Below, in pieces: positions 1 to 12,824 of a DNA stretch of 64,000 bases; within the stretch, counting starts at the first letter, position 1, and each line of letters begins with the position of its first letter. The stretch is from Eledone cirrhosa. Taxonomy: Eukaryota. The stretch lies in contig OZ024742.1 of assembly GCA_964016885.1 (NCBI GenBank), positions 112,902,001 to 112,966,000 on the forward strand, in the 5' to 3' direction. The notes beneath the pieces are model-generated. The model was not told the DNA's origin and searched no databases. It saw nothing but the letters and a program-made list of their open reading frames with translations. Both the position numbers and the translations under genes were made by a program.

Positions 1-250
1 CAGGGTACATTAGTTTTCAATCATGATTTTAAAGTTATGTCAAAACGAGTGTTAGAATTACTGTGACAAGCTTAACGTGCAAGTTTGGTTTTATGATACC
101 AATTTAATAATATAATATTCGGATTAGTTGTTTACTAAAAGTAAAAAAATATGGTTCCGGTTAGAAGGTTATGAATGTAAATGTATTCAATAACATTTAC
201 CGTTCTATTTCCATTAATACTTCGTAAAATATGGTTTTGTTTTAGTATAA

Positions 251-281
<31 letters not shown>

Positions 282-920
282 CTAAGGCGGGTAAAATTCC
301 CGAGATCCATGGACGAGTTCTCTCCAGCGGTCTCTGTCCCTCATTATCGCTGCCATATCCTGCATCTCCAACAGACCAGTGTCTGTCCTTAGGGCATCAA
401 CATATGTTAACCTTGGTCTTCCTCTTCTAGTGTGTCCATGTAGGGGCTCCCAAAGGAGCACTGAGTGCAATGTCAACTCTGGATGTCGGTGATCACTAAT
501 GTAGGCGGGGATCACTAATGTAGGCGGGAAGCCGCTGGAATTGGTTGAGGACTTCCTGTATTTGGGAGCAAAGATTGGGAATACGGAAGATGATGTGGTT
601 GAGAGGAAGAGCAAGGCCTGGGCGGCGTGTCACAGCTTGAGATCGGTGTGGAAGTGGGACCTTCGTAGAGACCTGAAAATCCGCCTCTTCATTGCTGTAG
701 AGGAGTCTGTGCTGCTGTATGGGTCTGAGACTTGGACACTGACCAAGAGACTCACTCAGATGGTGGATGGGTGCTACACGAGAATGCTGAGGATGGCTCT
801 GAACATTAATCAGTATACACTGAGGATGAAAAACTCAGAGCTGTATGGGAGCATCCCAAAAGTCAGCTCAAAAGTGACACAGAGGAGACTGAGGTTGGCT
901 GGACATGCTCACCGACATCC

Positions 921-921
<1 letters not shown>
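282..921 (-). mobile_element. 5'-truncated RTE-clade LINE with inverted 5' part, inserted in (TA)n
   Basis: 520-921 (+) encodes FLYLG...LLYGSETWTLTK...RRLRLAGHAHRHP; 492-282 (-) continues HRHP...RRGRPRLTY...DRDRWR-stop. These are consecutive RTE C-terminal segments on opposite strands. Confidence 0.85.
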
Positions 922-978
<57 letters not shown>

Positions 979-1043
979 ATATATAGAATATCGAATAAGG
1001 AAAAGCGAAGTACTTTCAGATGTTCAAGTCCTATAATAAGAAT

Positions 1044-1117
1044 GTTGTGATATATATTTCAATGACGATACTGGCCACACTGTTCTGTGTGCGAGTGTCG
1101 TGTCATCATCAGACAGC
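1044..1117 (-). ncRNA. Type I hammerhead motif (stem I mismatch)
   Basis: gctgt CTGATGA tgac...gtca tt GAAA tatata TC acaac on the minus strand. Confidence 0.55.
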
Positions 1118-2327
1118 TTGTTACATAATAAGGTTGTTTCCGAGGCAATCCAAATTGAATCGACATGGGAACGGATTAAGTTCGTGCCTTTGGGTTTTTC
1201 ATCCGTTCCCTTGTGAGTACCAATTCACCCCCACCGGTCTGCGCAAGCGCATGTCCGAAGGGAGTTGATCATTAGCACCGCAGATTTCAACGAAATTCGC
1301 TGCCCACCTATGCCCTGCCAAAGTTTACTGCTACCCATCAGTACTGTGGCAGACAGCCGAAAGCCAGAGGGGATGGGAGGGTGTTCATTTTTATAGGTCA
1401 TAATACTACCTTTCACTAAGCGTTGACAGTAAGACTGACCATCAACTCATAAGTGAAAATAAACTTAATTCTAGGTACTATGGTTTTACATTGTAAGTTA
1501 AGAGTGAGAGTCGGAAATAAAAATTAAAAATAAAAGTTAAAATCCTAAATCAAATATCAGAGATTATAAATTAAACAATTAAAAATAAAAAAATTCCAAA
1601 TTCAAAAATTTTTTGTTTGCAAGTGATAACTCGGATTGAGTAAAAATATAGATTGAAGCGAGAAATAATATGGAGAGAGATGTTTAAGTAATAAGTTCTG
1701 GGAGGCATTCTAGTGTTACAGTTACTCTAGCCACATATTGAACGACAGCGCCGTACATTATAACGGAGGGCAAACCACATGGTTCAAGGCATTAGTCAAT
1801 CTGTTACACGGTCATAATTTGCATCACATGGAACATAATCAAAGAAAAACAGACATAAAGTACACAAAAGAAAAGAAAAGAACAGAACCAATAGTGAATA
1901 AATGCAAAAACACAGAGTACATATATGTAAAATGATCCATATGATTGTCCATCTGTCCATGTATAGATTGAATTGAGGGGGCTTCTGTTCAAATGCGATT
2001 TGGTGCAGGAAAATAGGGGTTTATCTTATTTTTTTGTTTCCGCGTATTTATCCAGCCGAAAGTTACTATTACGCCCGTCCAGTGTCAGGGGTTTTCATCC
2101 CCATGGTAGAGGGAATTTTCGGGGTAGCTCTTGGTTGGTTCCTCTCTTATCCACCATATCGGTTACATCATAGAGCGCTCAACTAATCGGAGCTAAATTA
2201 TTAGGGTAAACATTGATGCAATTCAATTAAAGCACTCAACGTACTTTTTCCACATAGGAGTGACGGAGTAAATATCGAATAAGGAAAAGCGAAGTAGTTT
2301 CAGATGTTCAAGTCCTTTAATAATAAT

Positions 2328-2401
2328 GCTGTGATATATATTTCAATGACGACACTGGCCCTACTGTTCTGTGTGCGAGCGTTGTGTCATCATCAGACAG
2401 C
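2328..2401 (-). ncRNA. Type I hammerhead motif
   Basis: gctgt CTGATGA tgacac...gtgtcgtca tt GAAA tatata TC acagc; stem I gctgt/acagc; palindromic stem III. Confidence 0.65.
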
Positions 2402-3040
2402 TTGTTACATAATAAGGTTGTTTCCGAGGCAATCCAAATTGAATCGACATGGGAACGGATGAAGTTCGTGCTTTTGGGTTTTTCATCCGTTCCCTTGTAT
2501 ATATATATATATATATATTATCTCCCTTCCCTTCTCCTTCTCGCTTCCGGTTGCTCCGTCTCTCTCTCTCTCTCTCTATCCTCTGTTAAGGTCGCACGGA
2601 ACTACATCGCTCCTAGTTATTGCATGACATGACTTAAGTCTAATCGGTTATTTGTAACTTATTCTATTTATTCCTCGGCTACTCATCTGCGTGTTCCATT
2701 GTCCTGTCTCCCCTCTCCATTCGGTTTGTTTACTTCGTTTTTTCCTCTTTCTTCCTCTCTCCTCAGTAATTTTTATTTCCTTTCCCTCACGGCCTTTTTT
2801 CGGTAAAAGGTATTCGGCGCGCTGCAGATCACTTTTGTGTCCTGTTTAAAGCGCCAAAACATCTATGATCTGCAGTTAACATCTGACGAAGGGGTCATTC
2901 TCTTGTTTCGTCGATATTACCATCTTAAACTTGCTTAGGGTAACCACACAGCTCGCTTCGTTTCTCTAAATTTTGTGTATACGTATATATTTTGTTTTTT
3001 TAATATACATATATTTTTTTATATACATATTTTTTTTTTT

Positions 3041-3200
<160 letters not shown>

Positions 3201-3266
3201 ACAGTATTATATAAGTATATAATATGGAAAGCGAAGAGTCAGTGATGCATCGAAACACAATTTGTT

Positions 3267-3363
3267 AACGTACTACAATTGTTTCTTCGGCGAACAACTC
3301 CAGGTGGGATCTATTTGTGGATGGAACCTGACACTCTGGATTCGCACGTTCCTCAGATACATT
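3267..3363 (-). ncRNA. Type I hammerhead with ~64-nt stem II, in a solo pLTR-like insert (3225-3423)
   Basis: aatgtat CTGAGGA a...a GAAA caattg TA gtacgtt; 7-bp stem I with G.U pairs; ACAATTGT palindrome. Confidence 0.7.
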
Positions 3364-3420
3364 TAGCGCGGTTTCGAAGCAAATACTCTATGTGTTAAGA
3401 GGATTTGCTTCGAAGATTTG

Positions 3421-3505
<85 letters not shown>

Positions 3506-3555
3506 AGTATGTATGTATACGTACATACATATATGTATACAGACGTACAGTAGCA

Positions 3556-3608
<53 letters not shown>

Positions 3609-3812
3609 ATATTTGGGGAGGGTCATATTTGCGTAATATTGCCATAATTAATAACAGAACACACTCACTGTTTGGTTGGTTTTCGCTTCTCGCTGTCTTT
3701 TATATCTGCGATCTAACTTACTCGGTCCTCAATGTTGCCATTGACTGACCGACGGTCAAAAATAATACAGATACAATATAGACACAAACACATATATATA
3801 GTTTACATAATT

Positions 3813-3855
3813 TACATAAATCTTTCGTTGCACATTTGCAACATCGTCAGTGGTG
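3813..3855 (-). ncRNA. Hammerhead motif in the inverted pLTR of element A
   Basis: Reverse complement of 6868-6910. Confidence 0.55.
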
Positions 3856-3897
3856 TTATATTCATTGTTCCTCCTGTTGTGTTGTATGTCTACGCCA

Positions 3898-6522
3898 CAG
3901 TAGTAATAACGGTAACAATACGAACAACAACAACAATAACCACAGTGGTAATAATGGAAATAGTACATGTAGCAACATCAACAAAAACAAGAAACATAAT
4001 AATAGTAACAACCACAATGGTAGAAATAGCAGTAACAACAACAACAATAACGGTGAAGTAAACAAGAATACATCTAGCAATCATAACAATAATAATATTA
4101 ATGCTAATGATAGAAACAACAACAACCACCATGATAACAATAATAGCAGCACACACAACTATGACGATAGAAATAACGACAACCCCTTAGAGAAACTATT
4201 TTTCAACCCAGCTGACAAAACATATAAGATGGGTAATATCTATCCTACGAGGTTACCCTTTAATAAAAGAGTTTGCATACCACAGCAAATAGATGACGAG
4301 ACGGAGGCACAGTTCACCATAGCTAGAAATAAGATTAGACAAGTAGTAGACAGGTACACTATGAGACAGAGCAGACCAGAGGCCCAACAACTTGGGATAA
4401 AACCTGTAGAAGGCTTGGTTAGCCTCAAGCAGCGCACAAGGGATGGTGAGGTAGTGTGTCTACCCACAGATAAGTCTGGTAGGATGTCAATAGATAGCAT
4501 GCCGAACTACATCGAGGCAATGCCACCCCACATCACCAACACGGGCGAAGTTGCACAACTAACACACGATGGGAGAGAAAAATCCTTAACGCTCACATGA
4601 TGATGTGGACTGACATCCTAAAGCCAAGCAGACGCACTGCCAACAACTTCCAGGCGTCTAACAATGGCATACCACCCTTGTATGGGCTCCGCAAAGACCA
4701 CAAGACAGTCGACGACCCGACGACAGGACCACCAACAAGACCCGTATGCGGAGCTAATATAGCTAGCAACTACAGGATCTCCTACTTCCTCTCAATGGTT
4801 ATACGCCCCATAATCAAGATGTCCCCAGATGTATGTGAAAGTACAGAGGACCTCCTCAGCAGAATCAGTGAGTGCAACAAAAACAGGAACCTATCCAACT
4901 GCATAATAGGCAGCATGGATGTGGTATCACTGTACCCATCCATTAACATTGATTTTGCTGTGAAAAGATGTGTGGAGATGATCATTGAGAGTGAGGTGGA
5001 GTTCTGCGACGTCGACACAGACGAACTGGGCCTCCTACTTAGACTTACCTACGACACTGACTACCTAGACAGCCATGACCTTAGATGTTTCTGCCCTAGT
5101 AGACCTATAAGAGGTAGATCCCCCACCATAACCTCAATGGCTAAAAAGACTCCCATAGGAAGGTGGATTGGGTGGACCAAAGCTATACGGACCCCCCAAA
5201 ACACTGATCAGGTAAGAAAAATGGTCGCACATGCAATAGGGGCTAGTATCAAAACTACCCTAAAGGGCCACATATTTAAGTTCAATGAGAAAATCTACAC
5301 CCAAAATGAGGGAGCAGCCATCGGCGTCAGCATAGCTGATGATGTTGCCAACCTTTTCATGGTATGGTGGGAAAGGAGACTTAAATATCTCCTTAATGAA
5401 AGCTCCATAGACCTCATCATGTACTCTCGTTATGTAGACGATATCAATATAGTTATAAGAACACCCCCACTAGAGAGCACTAACAAGTTTGATTTAGAAC
5501 GTAGCACGATGGAAAGCATCCAGCAGATAGCTAATTCCATACACCACAGTATAACTGTAACTATAGACTTCTCTTCCAAACACCCTAACAATAGACTACC
5601 TGTATTAGACACAGAAGTCTGGATTAACACTATAGACGAGAGAGCCCAAATTCTCCACTCACACTATGCTAAACCCATGGCCTCCAAATACCTGATACTC
5701 AAAAACTCAGCAATGTCCAGTAGTGCTAAGTTTAATATTCTGATCGCAGATTTGGTACGAGTGATGAAGAATGTGTCCAGCATGTGCGACCCAACAGAAA
5801 TGGAAGGACACATCCAACACTTCATCAACCGCATGCAGTTCTCTGGCTACAACCAAAGAGACAGAGTCAGAGTATACGAAGGAGCCATGGAAAAGTATAA
5901 GACCCTCATAGAACTGGACATGAAAGTAATTTTCCCATTATACAGGAGCAAATCATGGAATAGCTTAGATAGGGCTAGACATAAGATAGGGAAGGCCACA
6001 TCATGGTACGACAACCAGAGATATCAGAGTGTCATGTTTGTGGACGCCACCCCTGGAGGGAAATTAGCAAACCAGTGTAGAAAGGCCCTGAGAAAGACCC
6101 ACTTAAAAATGAAGGTGGTAGAAAAGCCAGGAACCACCATAAAATCCCTGATCAGCAAAACCTACCCTTTTAATAAAACCCACTGTACCAATAGGAAATG
6201 TATCATATGTAAGGTGAACCCCCGGATAAACTGTAAAACTAGAAACGTAGTCTATAGCATAAGATGTACAGAGGGTACTTGCAGAAACATGACAACAACA
6301 TACATAGGTGAGACAGCTCGTAGCATAGGTGAAAGGATAGACCAACACTGGGGGGAACTAAAAGGACGAAAAAACGGGTCAGTACTATACGAACATGCTA
6401 GACAACAACATGACGGTAACATAGACAACATAGAAATTAGAATAATATCTAAACATAGGAATGACCCAGCAGATAGGCAAATCAGAGAGGCCAGTGAAAT
6501 AGAAATTAGAAACCAAAGCTAA
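3898..6522 (+). pseudogene. PLE RT/GIY-YIG polyprotein with frameshifts at ~4585 and near the C-terminus
   Basis: TDKSGR, PPLYGLRKDHK, RPVCGA, GSMDVVSLYPSI, QNEGAAIG, RYVDD, LPVLD, CxxxxCxxC linker, NVVYSIRC...YIGETAR...ER..QH. Confidence 0.92.
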
Positions 6523-6736
6523 ACAGAAAGAATGAGTGGAACAACAACAACACCCAAAAAAACAACACTGACCTAAGAGAAGTATAAATAAGTAAATAAA
6601 ATTAAATAAAATAAGATAAATAAATACATACACAAGCACAATAACAACAAGCACATAAACACACACTAGTCACCCAGCAGACACATCACTATACACACTA
6701 GTCACACATCACACATAACACTATACACACACGCAA

Positions 6737-6830
6737 ACGCATGCGCAAAGAAGACAAAATAAAATAAAATAAACAAACAAGCAAATAAATAAATAAATAT
6801 ATAGACAGACTGAACAACAAAAAAATGGCG
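6737..6830 (+). promoter_or_regulatory. Putative pLTR promoter module: NRF1-like (6737-6747) and YY1-like (6822-6830) motifs
   Basis: ACGCATGCGCA and AAAATGGCG; the same pair in the same order occurs in element B and in the 29.5-kb copy. Confidence 0.4.
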
Positions 6831-6867
6831 TAGACATACAACACAACAGGAGGAACAATGAATATAA

Positions 6868-6910
6868 CACCACTGACGATGTTGCAGATGTGCAACGAAA
6901 GATTTATGTA
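6868..6910 (+). ncRNA. Hammerhead motif in the 3' pLTR of element A (weak stems I and III)
   Basis: cacca CTGACGA t gttgca gatg tgcaac GAAA gatt TA tg; perfect 6-bp stem II. Confidence 0.6.
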
Positions 6911-7160
6911 AATTATGTAAACTATATATATGTGTTTGTGTCTATATTGTATCTGTATTATTTTTGACCGTCGGTCAGTCAATGGCAACATTGAGGACCG
7001 AGTAAGTTAGATCGCAGATATAAAAGACAGCGAGAAGCGAAAACCAACCAAACAGTGAGTGTGTTCTGTTATTAATTCTGGCAATATTACGCAAATATGA
7101 CCCTCCCCAAATATAACAATATCTGTTTCGACACACGATTTCATATAAAAAACCTCGCAA

Positions 7161-7255
<95 letters not shown>

Positions 7256-7329
7256 GTTATTATGAGTATTCCAAAGCTTGGTAGAACAAATTGTGAGGAA
7301 AGTTCTCAACATACGTTAAGGTGACTCGA

Positions 7330-7613
7330 CAGGTTGGTAGAATTCTGTAGTGGAAGCACGAACAAACGAGGAGTGTAATCAAAGAAGAGAAATAGGACGA
7401 AGGTAAACAATTACAAAAGAATTTAATCCACGTGTTTACAATTGTTTCATCATAATTTCAGTCCATTATTGCTACACTATGTTATAATAGGCAATCAAGA
7501 AAGATACTGTGGCATCCGAATTTTCAAAATACAAAGTTGGAATGACCCTAGGAATTGAAATAAGGGGTAGTAGTGTAAGATAGAGGAACAGGGAGAGAGA
7601 GAGGGGAAAAATA

Positions 7614-7659
<46 letters not shown>

Positions 7660-8158
7660 AGAGGAAGGGAGTGAAAGAGAAAGAGATAGTGTGGTGTGAG
7701 AGGATTTGTATAGGGAAGGGGAGGAGGGATGTGTGCTAAAAGTTGTGATGAGTAGAGGGAGAGAGAAGGAAGATAGAATTTTAAGAGGCATTTGGAAGTG
7801 GACAGGCGAAAGTCTTACCAGTGAACAGATGAAGGAAGAAAGTATTACATTTCATATATAGTCTATTTTTAGGGGTGTAGAATTGTTATTTAGGGTAGAA
7901 AGATAGGTAGTGTTAGGATTTGTTTGAAGCTTTGAAGTGTGAGAATTTCGCTTTCAGTTTATGCTGGCAAAAAATTGACCTTTCAATTTTGTTGTTGAGT
8001 AGTTGGTGGCTTGAGCTTAGAATATGGAAGAGCTCATTATTACACAACGGGCACGTTTTCATCCCACTCCGGTATGGAAGAAACATGTGAGAGTTTTGTC
8101 CATTTAAGGGTGTATTGTCGGTTACTCCCTTTTAAGTGCCAAATTTTGTCGCCGACAA
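7330..8158 (-). mobile_element. 3' fragment of a Hydra-like PLE (endonuclease C-terminus and UTR)
   Basis: Minus strand 8155-7930 reads IWHLKGSNRQYTLKW...CPLCNNELFHIL...LLNNKIERSIFCQHK, similar to the 43517 ORF; half-HHR GAAA caattg TA at ~7430-7448. Confidence 0.8.
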
Positions 8159-8410
8159 ATATATATATATATGCATGCTACTGTACGTCTGTATACATAT
8201 ATGTATGTACGTATACATACATACTTACATTTAACAAAGTGCCATACTAAGAGAGAGAAATGAAATTTCGTTTTCATTTTTTTTAACTTATCGTTTTCGG
8301 CATGCCTGACCGATTTAACTCACTCAATATGCAAATTAGGCTGCTCAGACGTTAATTTTCATAAGGAAAGTATATACTTTCGAACGTTCAACTATCTGGC
8401 AGATGGGTAT

Positions 8411-8453
8411 ACGGTGCTGATGATAGCTAACAAGCTTGAAACTAGTACATCGT
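8411..8453 (+). ncRNA. Minimal type I hammerhead
   Basis: acggtg CTGATGA t agct aaca agct t GAAA ctag TA catcgt. Confidence 0.82.
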
Positions 8454-8603
8454 TCCTGTGTCAGTGTTGAACAAAAAGGTGATGTCGTTGCCTTAACACC
8501 GTATGGCATAAATTCAGGCTGTTCAGTTTGTTTACAAACGAACAAAGCGGCGTTATAATAAGCGTCCGCTAAACTGATGCGTGAACATATGTATGTGTAC
8601 CTG

Positions 8604-8649
<46 letters not shown>

Positions 8650-8884
8650 TGCTACTGTACGTTTGTATACATATATGTATGTACGTATACATACATACTT
8701 ACATTTAAGTAAATGCCATACTAAGCGTGAGAAATGAAATTTCGTTTTCATTTTTTTCAACTTATCGTTTTCGGTATGCCTGACCGATTTAACTCACTCA
8801 ATATGCAAATAAGGCTGCTGAGCCGTTAAATTTCATGAGGAAAGTATATACTTTCGAACGTTCAACTAACTGGTAGATGGGTAT

Positions 8885-8927
8885 ACGGTGCTGATGATAG
8901 CTAACAAGCTTGAAACTAGTACATCGT
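8885..8927 (+). ncRNA. Minimal type I hammerhead
   Basis: Identical to 8411-8453. Confidence 0.82.
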
Positions 8928-9077
8928 TCCTGTGTCAGTGTTGAACAAAAAGGTGACGTGGTAGCCTTAACAACGTATGGCATAAATTCAGGCTGTTCAG
9001 TTTGTTTACAAACGAACAAAGCGGCGTTATAATAAGCGTCCGCTAAACTGATGCGTGAACATATGTATGTGTACCTG

Positions 9078-9217
<140 letters not shown>

Positions 9218-9452
9218 TGCTACTGTACGTTTGTATACATATATGTATATACGTATACATACATACTTACATTTAAGTAAATGCCATACTAAGCGTGAGA
9301 AATGAAATTTCGTTTTCATTTTTTTCAACTTATCGTTTTCGGTATGCCTGACCGATTTAACTCACTCAATATGCAAATAAGGCTGCTGAGCCGTTAATTT
9401 TCATGAGGAAAGTATATACTTTCGAACGTTCAACTAACTGGCAGATGGGTAT

Positions 9453-9495
9453 ATGGTGCTGATGATAGCTAACAAGCTTGAAACTAGTACATCGT
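9453..9495 (+). ncRNA. Minimal type I hammerhead
   Basis: Same core; stem I atggtg/catcgt, where the C>T change keeps a U.G pair. Confidence 0.8.
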
Positions 9496-9645
9496 TCCTG
9501 TGTCAGTGTTGAACAAAAAGGTGACGTGGTTGCCTTAACACCGTATGGCATAAATCCAGGCTGTTCAGTTTGTTTACAAACGAACAAAGCGGCGTTATAA
9601 TAAGCGTCCGCTAAACTGATGCGTGCATATATGTATGTGTACCTG

Positions 9646-9739
<94 letters not shown>

Positions 9740-9851
9740 TGCTACTGTACGTCTGTATACATATATGTATGTACGTATACATACATACTTACATTTAAGT
9801 AAGTGCCATACTAAGAGTGAGAAATGAAATTTCGTTTTCATTTTATTTCAA

Positions 9852-9885
<34 letters not shown>

Positions 9886-9907
9886 GTATAAAAATATATA
9901 CAATATA

Positions 9908-9985
9908 TTTACCTCATTACTAGAGGTTTCTCGAATGAGGCGAATACGAAAGAAACGTCTTCATTCGTTCGTCAGACGAGGCAAT
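9908..9985 (-). ncRNA. Type I hammerhead with long stem II
   Basis: ttgcctcgt CTGACGA a cgaatga...tcattcg a GAAA cctctag TA atgaggtaa. Confidence 0.72.
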
Positions 9986-10883
9986 ATAAAACATGTCTAA
10001 ATACTTGGAAAGTCTCATCAAGAAAAGCAAAAAAAAAAAAAAAAAAATGTATATTATATTACAATAGACATATGAAATATATAAAAATCCTTCAACAAAT
10101 ATAGTTAGGTGTGTGTATAAGTATGTATATACGCTCACAGATGTACATATGTGTTTATGTACACATGTGTGCGTATATTGAAAATATGTGCGTAAATATA
10201 TGTGTTAGATAAGTGTAACTGTGTATCTGTAACTATAGACAGACATGATTAGATTGTCCAGTTGACAGATACACAGAAAAACAGGGTATTAGATACATTA
10301 TAAGAATATGAAGGCACTTGTATAAACACACACACACGCAGGTACACTTATATGCGGAAGAAAAAGAGGTAAGGGAGTGTAATAGTAAAAAGAAAGTATC
10401 ATTCTCGATATATTCATAAAAATGGAACAATAATTTAGAAAGAAAAAAATTAAAGAAAAGAAGACAAACGAGGTACACACGTACATACACACACATATCT
10501 ACAAGAAACGTATATCTATAAGAAATATATATATATATATACACGCAAAAACGTGCTGACAAAAGCGTATGCAAGTATACATACGCACACAGGATGCACG
10601 TATATACACATATACACCTCGACCCATGTATATCTAATCACGCGTACGCACTCGACTGTATACACACTCACAAACACACACGCACAAACATATGCATACC
10701 TATATACATACGCACACTTACGCATCCATACATTCAGTACGTACACACACACACACACACACATACATACACTCACGCATATTGACCTGTTTACATGCAC
10801 ACACATAAAAGTGAGAATATAAAAAAAAAGAAAGAAAAAAAAAACATAGATGTAAAAACACAGATATAAAAACACACATACAT

Positions 10884-10945
<62 letters not shown>

Positions 10946-11523
10946 GCACGCGTGCGCACATACGGAGGTGTATATATATATATTTCTTATAGATATACGT
11001 TTCTTGTAGATATGTGTATGTATGTACGTGTGTACCTTGTTTGTCTTCTTTTCTTTATTATTTTCTTTCTAAATTATTGTTCCATTTTTATAAATATATC
11101 GAGAATGATACTTTCTTTTTACTATTACACTCCCTTACCTCTTTTTCTTCAGCATATAAGTGTACGTGCGTGTGTGTGTGTTTATACGCGTGCATTCATA
11201 TTCTTATAATGTATCTAATACCCTGTTTCTCTGTGTACCTGCCAACTGGACAATATAATCATGCCTGTCTATAGTTACAGATACAAAGTTACACTTGCCC
11301 TAACACATATATTTACGCACACATTTTCACTATACGCACACATTTTACATACACACATATGTACATCTGTGAGCGTATATACTTACATATACACACACCT
11401 AACTATATTTCTTGAAGGATTTTTATATATTTCATATGTCTATTGTAATATTATATAACATTTTTTATTTTTTTTATTTTGCTTTTCTTGATGAGACTTT
11501 CCAAGTATTTAGCCATGTTTTAT

Positions 11524-11601
11524 ATTGCCTCGTCTGACGAACGAATGAAGACGTTTCTTTCGTATTCTCCTCATTGGGGAAACCTCTGGTAATGAGGTAA
11601 T
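11524..11601 (+). ncRNA. Type I hammerhead with long stem II
   Basis: attgcctcgt CTGACGA...GAAA cc tct gg TA atgaggtaat; 10-bp stem I. Confidence 0.72.
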
Positions 11602-11699
11602 TATATTGTATTGATTTTTATACATAACATTTTGCTCTGGTACTTACATAGAGCACTCTTCACTTCTATGACTTTTTCTGTCTTCAACGGAAATCTCAA

Positions 11700-11756
<57 letters not shown>

Positions 11757-12824
11757 AATTAATAATAACAATGAAATAAAAACAAAGAACATGTTCCTTA
11801 TATTAAAAAATTCATCAATTTACGATTGTTTCTAGGATGTATATGTGTGTTGGTATGTATATCATATAGATGTATGTAAAATTATTACAAATTATCAGAG
11901 GAAAGATACATACCTTCATGCTGTCTTCAGAAATATATATATAGGATTGTGAATACACACCAGCAATGTTTTCCACAATTCAAATATTCTCAAAATGTTC
12001 CCAAATATCTCTTAATATTCGCAAACATCAAGTATTTCATCGATAACCTTTCGGGGAAAACATTCTAAAATGTCATCAAAATAGTCTCCCGACGAATAAT
12101 TTCATCTCTCCTTCACCCACATATATCGCCAAATATCTTTTTTAGATTGTAAACTATTTCACGTTCTTGACAGAGAAGTGAACCTCCAGAGAGGGTGGTA
12201 TGTGTGATATATTCTTACTAGGCATTGTGCCCGATGTTCTAATGTATCTCTAATTTCAGTGACTTGTCTTTTGTTCAGGAAATGAAAACAACCGTATTTT
12301 ATGTGTGGATACGTTTACGACTGACACATAGTTAAATGCTGATTAGAGGAACTTCGTGGACTAAAGGATATTTCCTGTTATATTCATTTACTTAGAATGT
12401 TTCTTTTGAGATTAAATATGTAATATCTTATAGGAAACGGCTTGCTATCGAGATTATCGTAAAAGATCAAGCACGTACGATGATTTTTGATAGATACACA
12501 TCTGATATTTGTGTTGTGTAACCTCAAGTAAAAACCTATGAAGCTATTATATATAACCGATGCTATACTAATGAATATACCATCATTGCCTTCCGCGATT
12601 TAGTATTTACTATAAGGTATTCGGAATACAGCATATTTGAACATATTAAGGTGATGAAACATGGTCGATGTTCCGTATTAGACCTGGTACTGAAAATATG
12701 TTCACGGGATAATATGGGACACAATATCATTTGTCATTGGGCTTTGGGGAAAAAATATAAATGTGTAATTCTGTTTGCCTTAGTGTATATTTTATTCATT
12801 TTTGATTAAGGAATTCTTAAATAC

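Larger units (their letters stand above)
985..2497 (-). mobile_element. Non-coding element with ~230-bp direct terminal repeats (985-1213, 2270-2497), each with an HHR motif; non-autonomous PLE or retrozyme-like
   Basis: Visible direct repeats, (TA)n on both flanks, no recognisable internal coding sequence. Confidence 0.7.
3601..7162 (+). mobile_element. Penelope-like element A (Nematis/Neptune-like), 5'-truncated, with inverted pLTR copy (3601-3897 vs 6826-7122)
   Basis: RT and GIY-YIG ORF, ~297-bp inverted terminal duplication with only about 2 mismatches seen, (TA)n flanks. Confidence 0.93.
9883..11702 (+). mobile_element. Non-coding PLE-like element with ~660-bp inverted duplication (9883-10544 vs 10967-11630)
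   Basis: The arms are reverse complements, each carries an HHR, and (TA)n lies on both flanks. Confidence 0.8.

Noticed and set aside
4575-4600. Programmed frameshift between ORFs 3836-4600 and 4597-6522
   Set aside because: Element B is continuous here (REKALNAHM); a 1-nt deletion explains the break.
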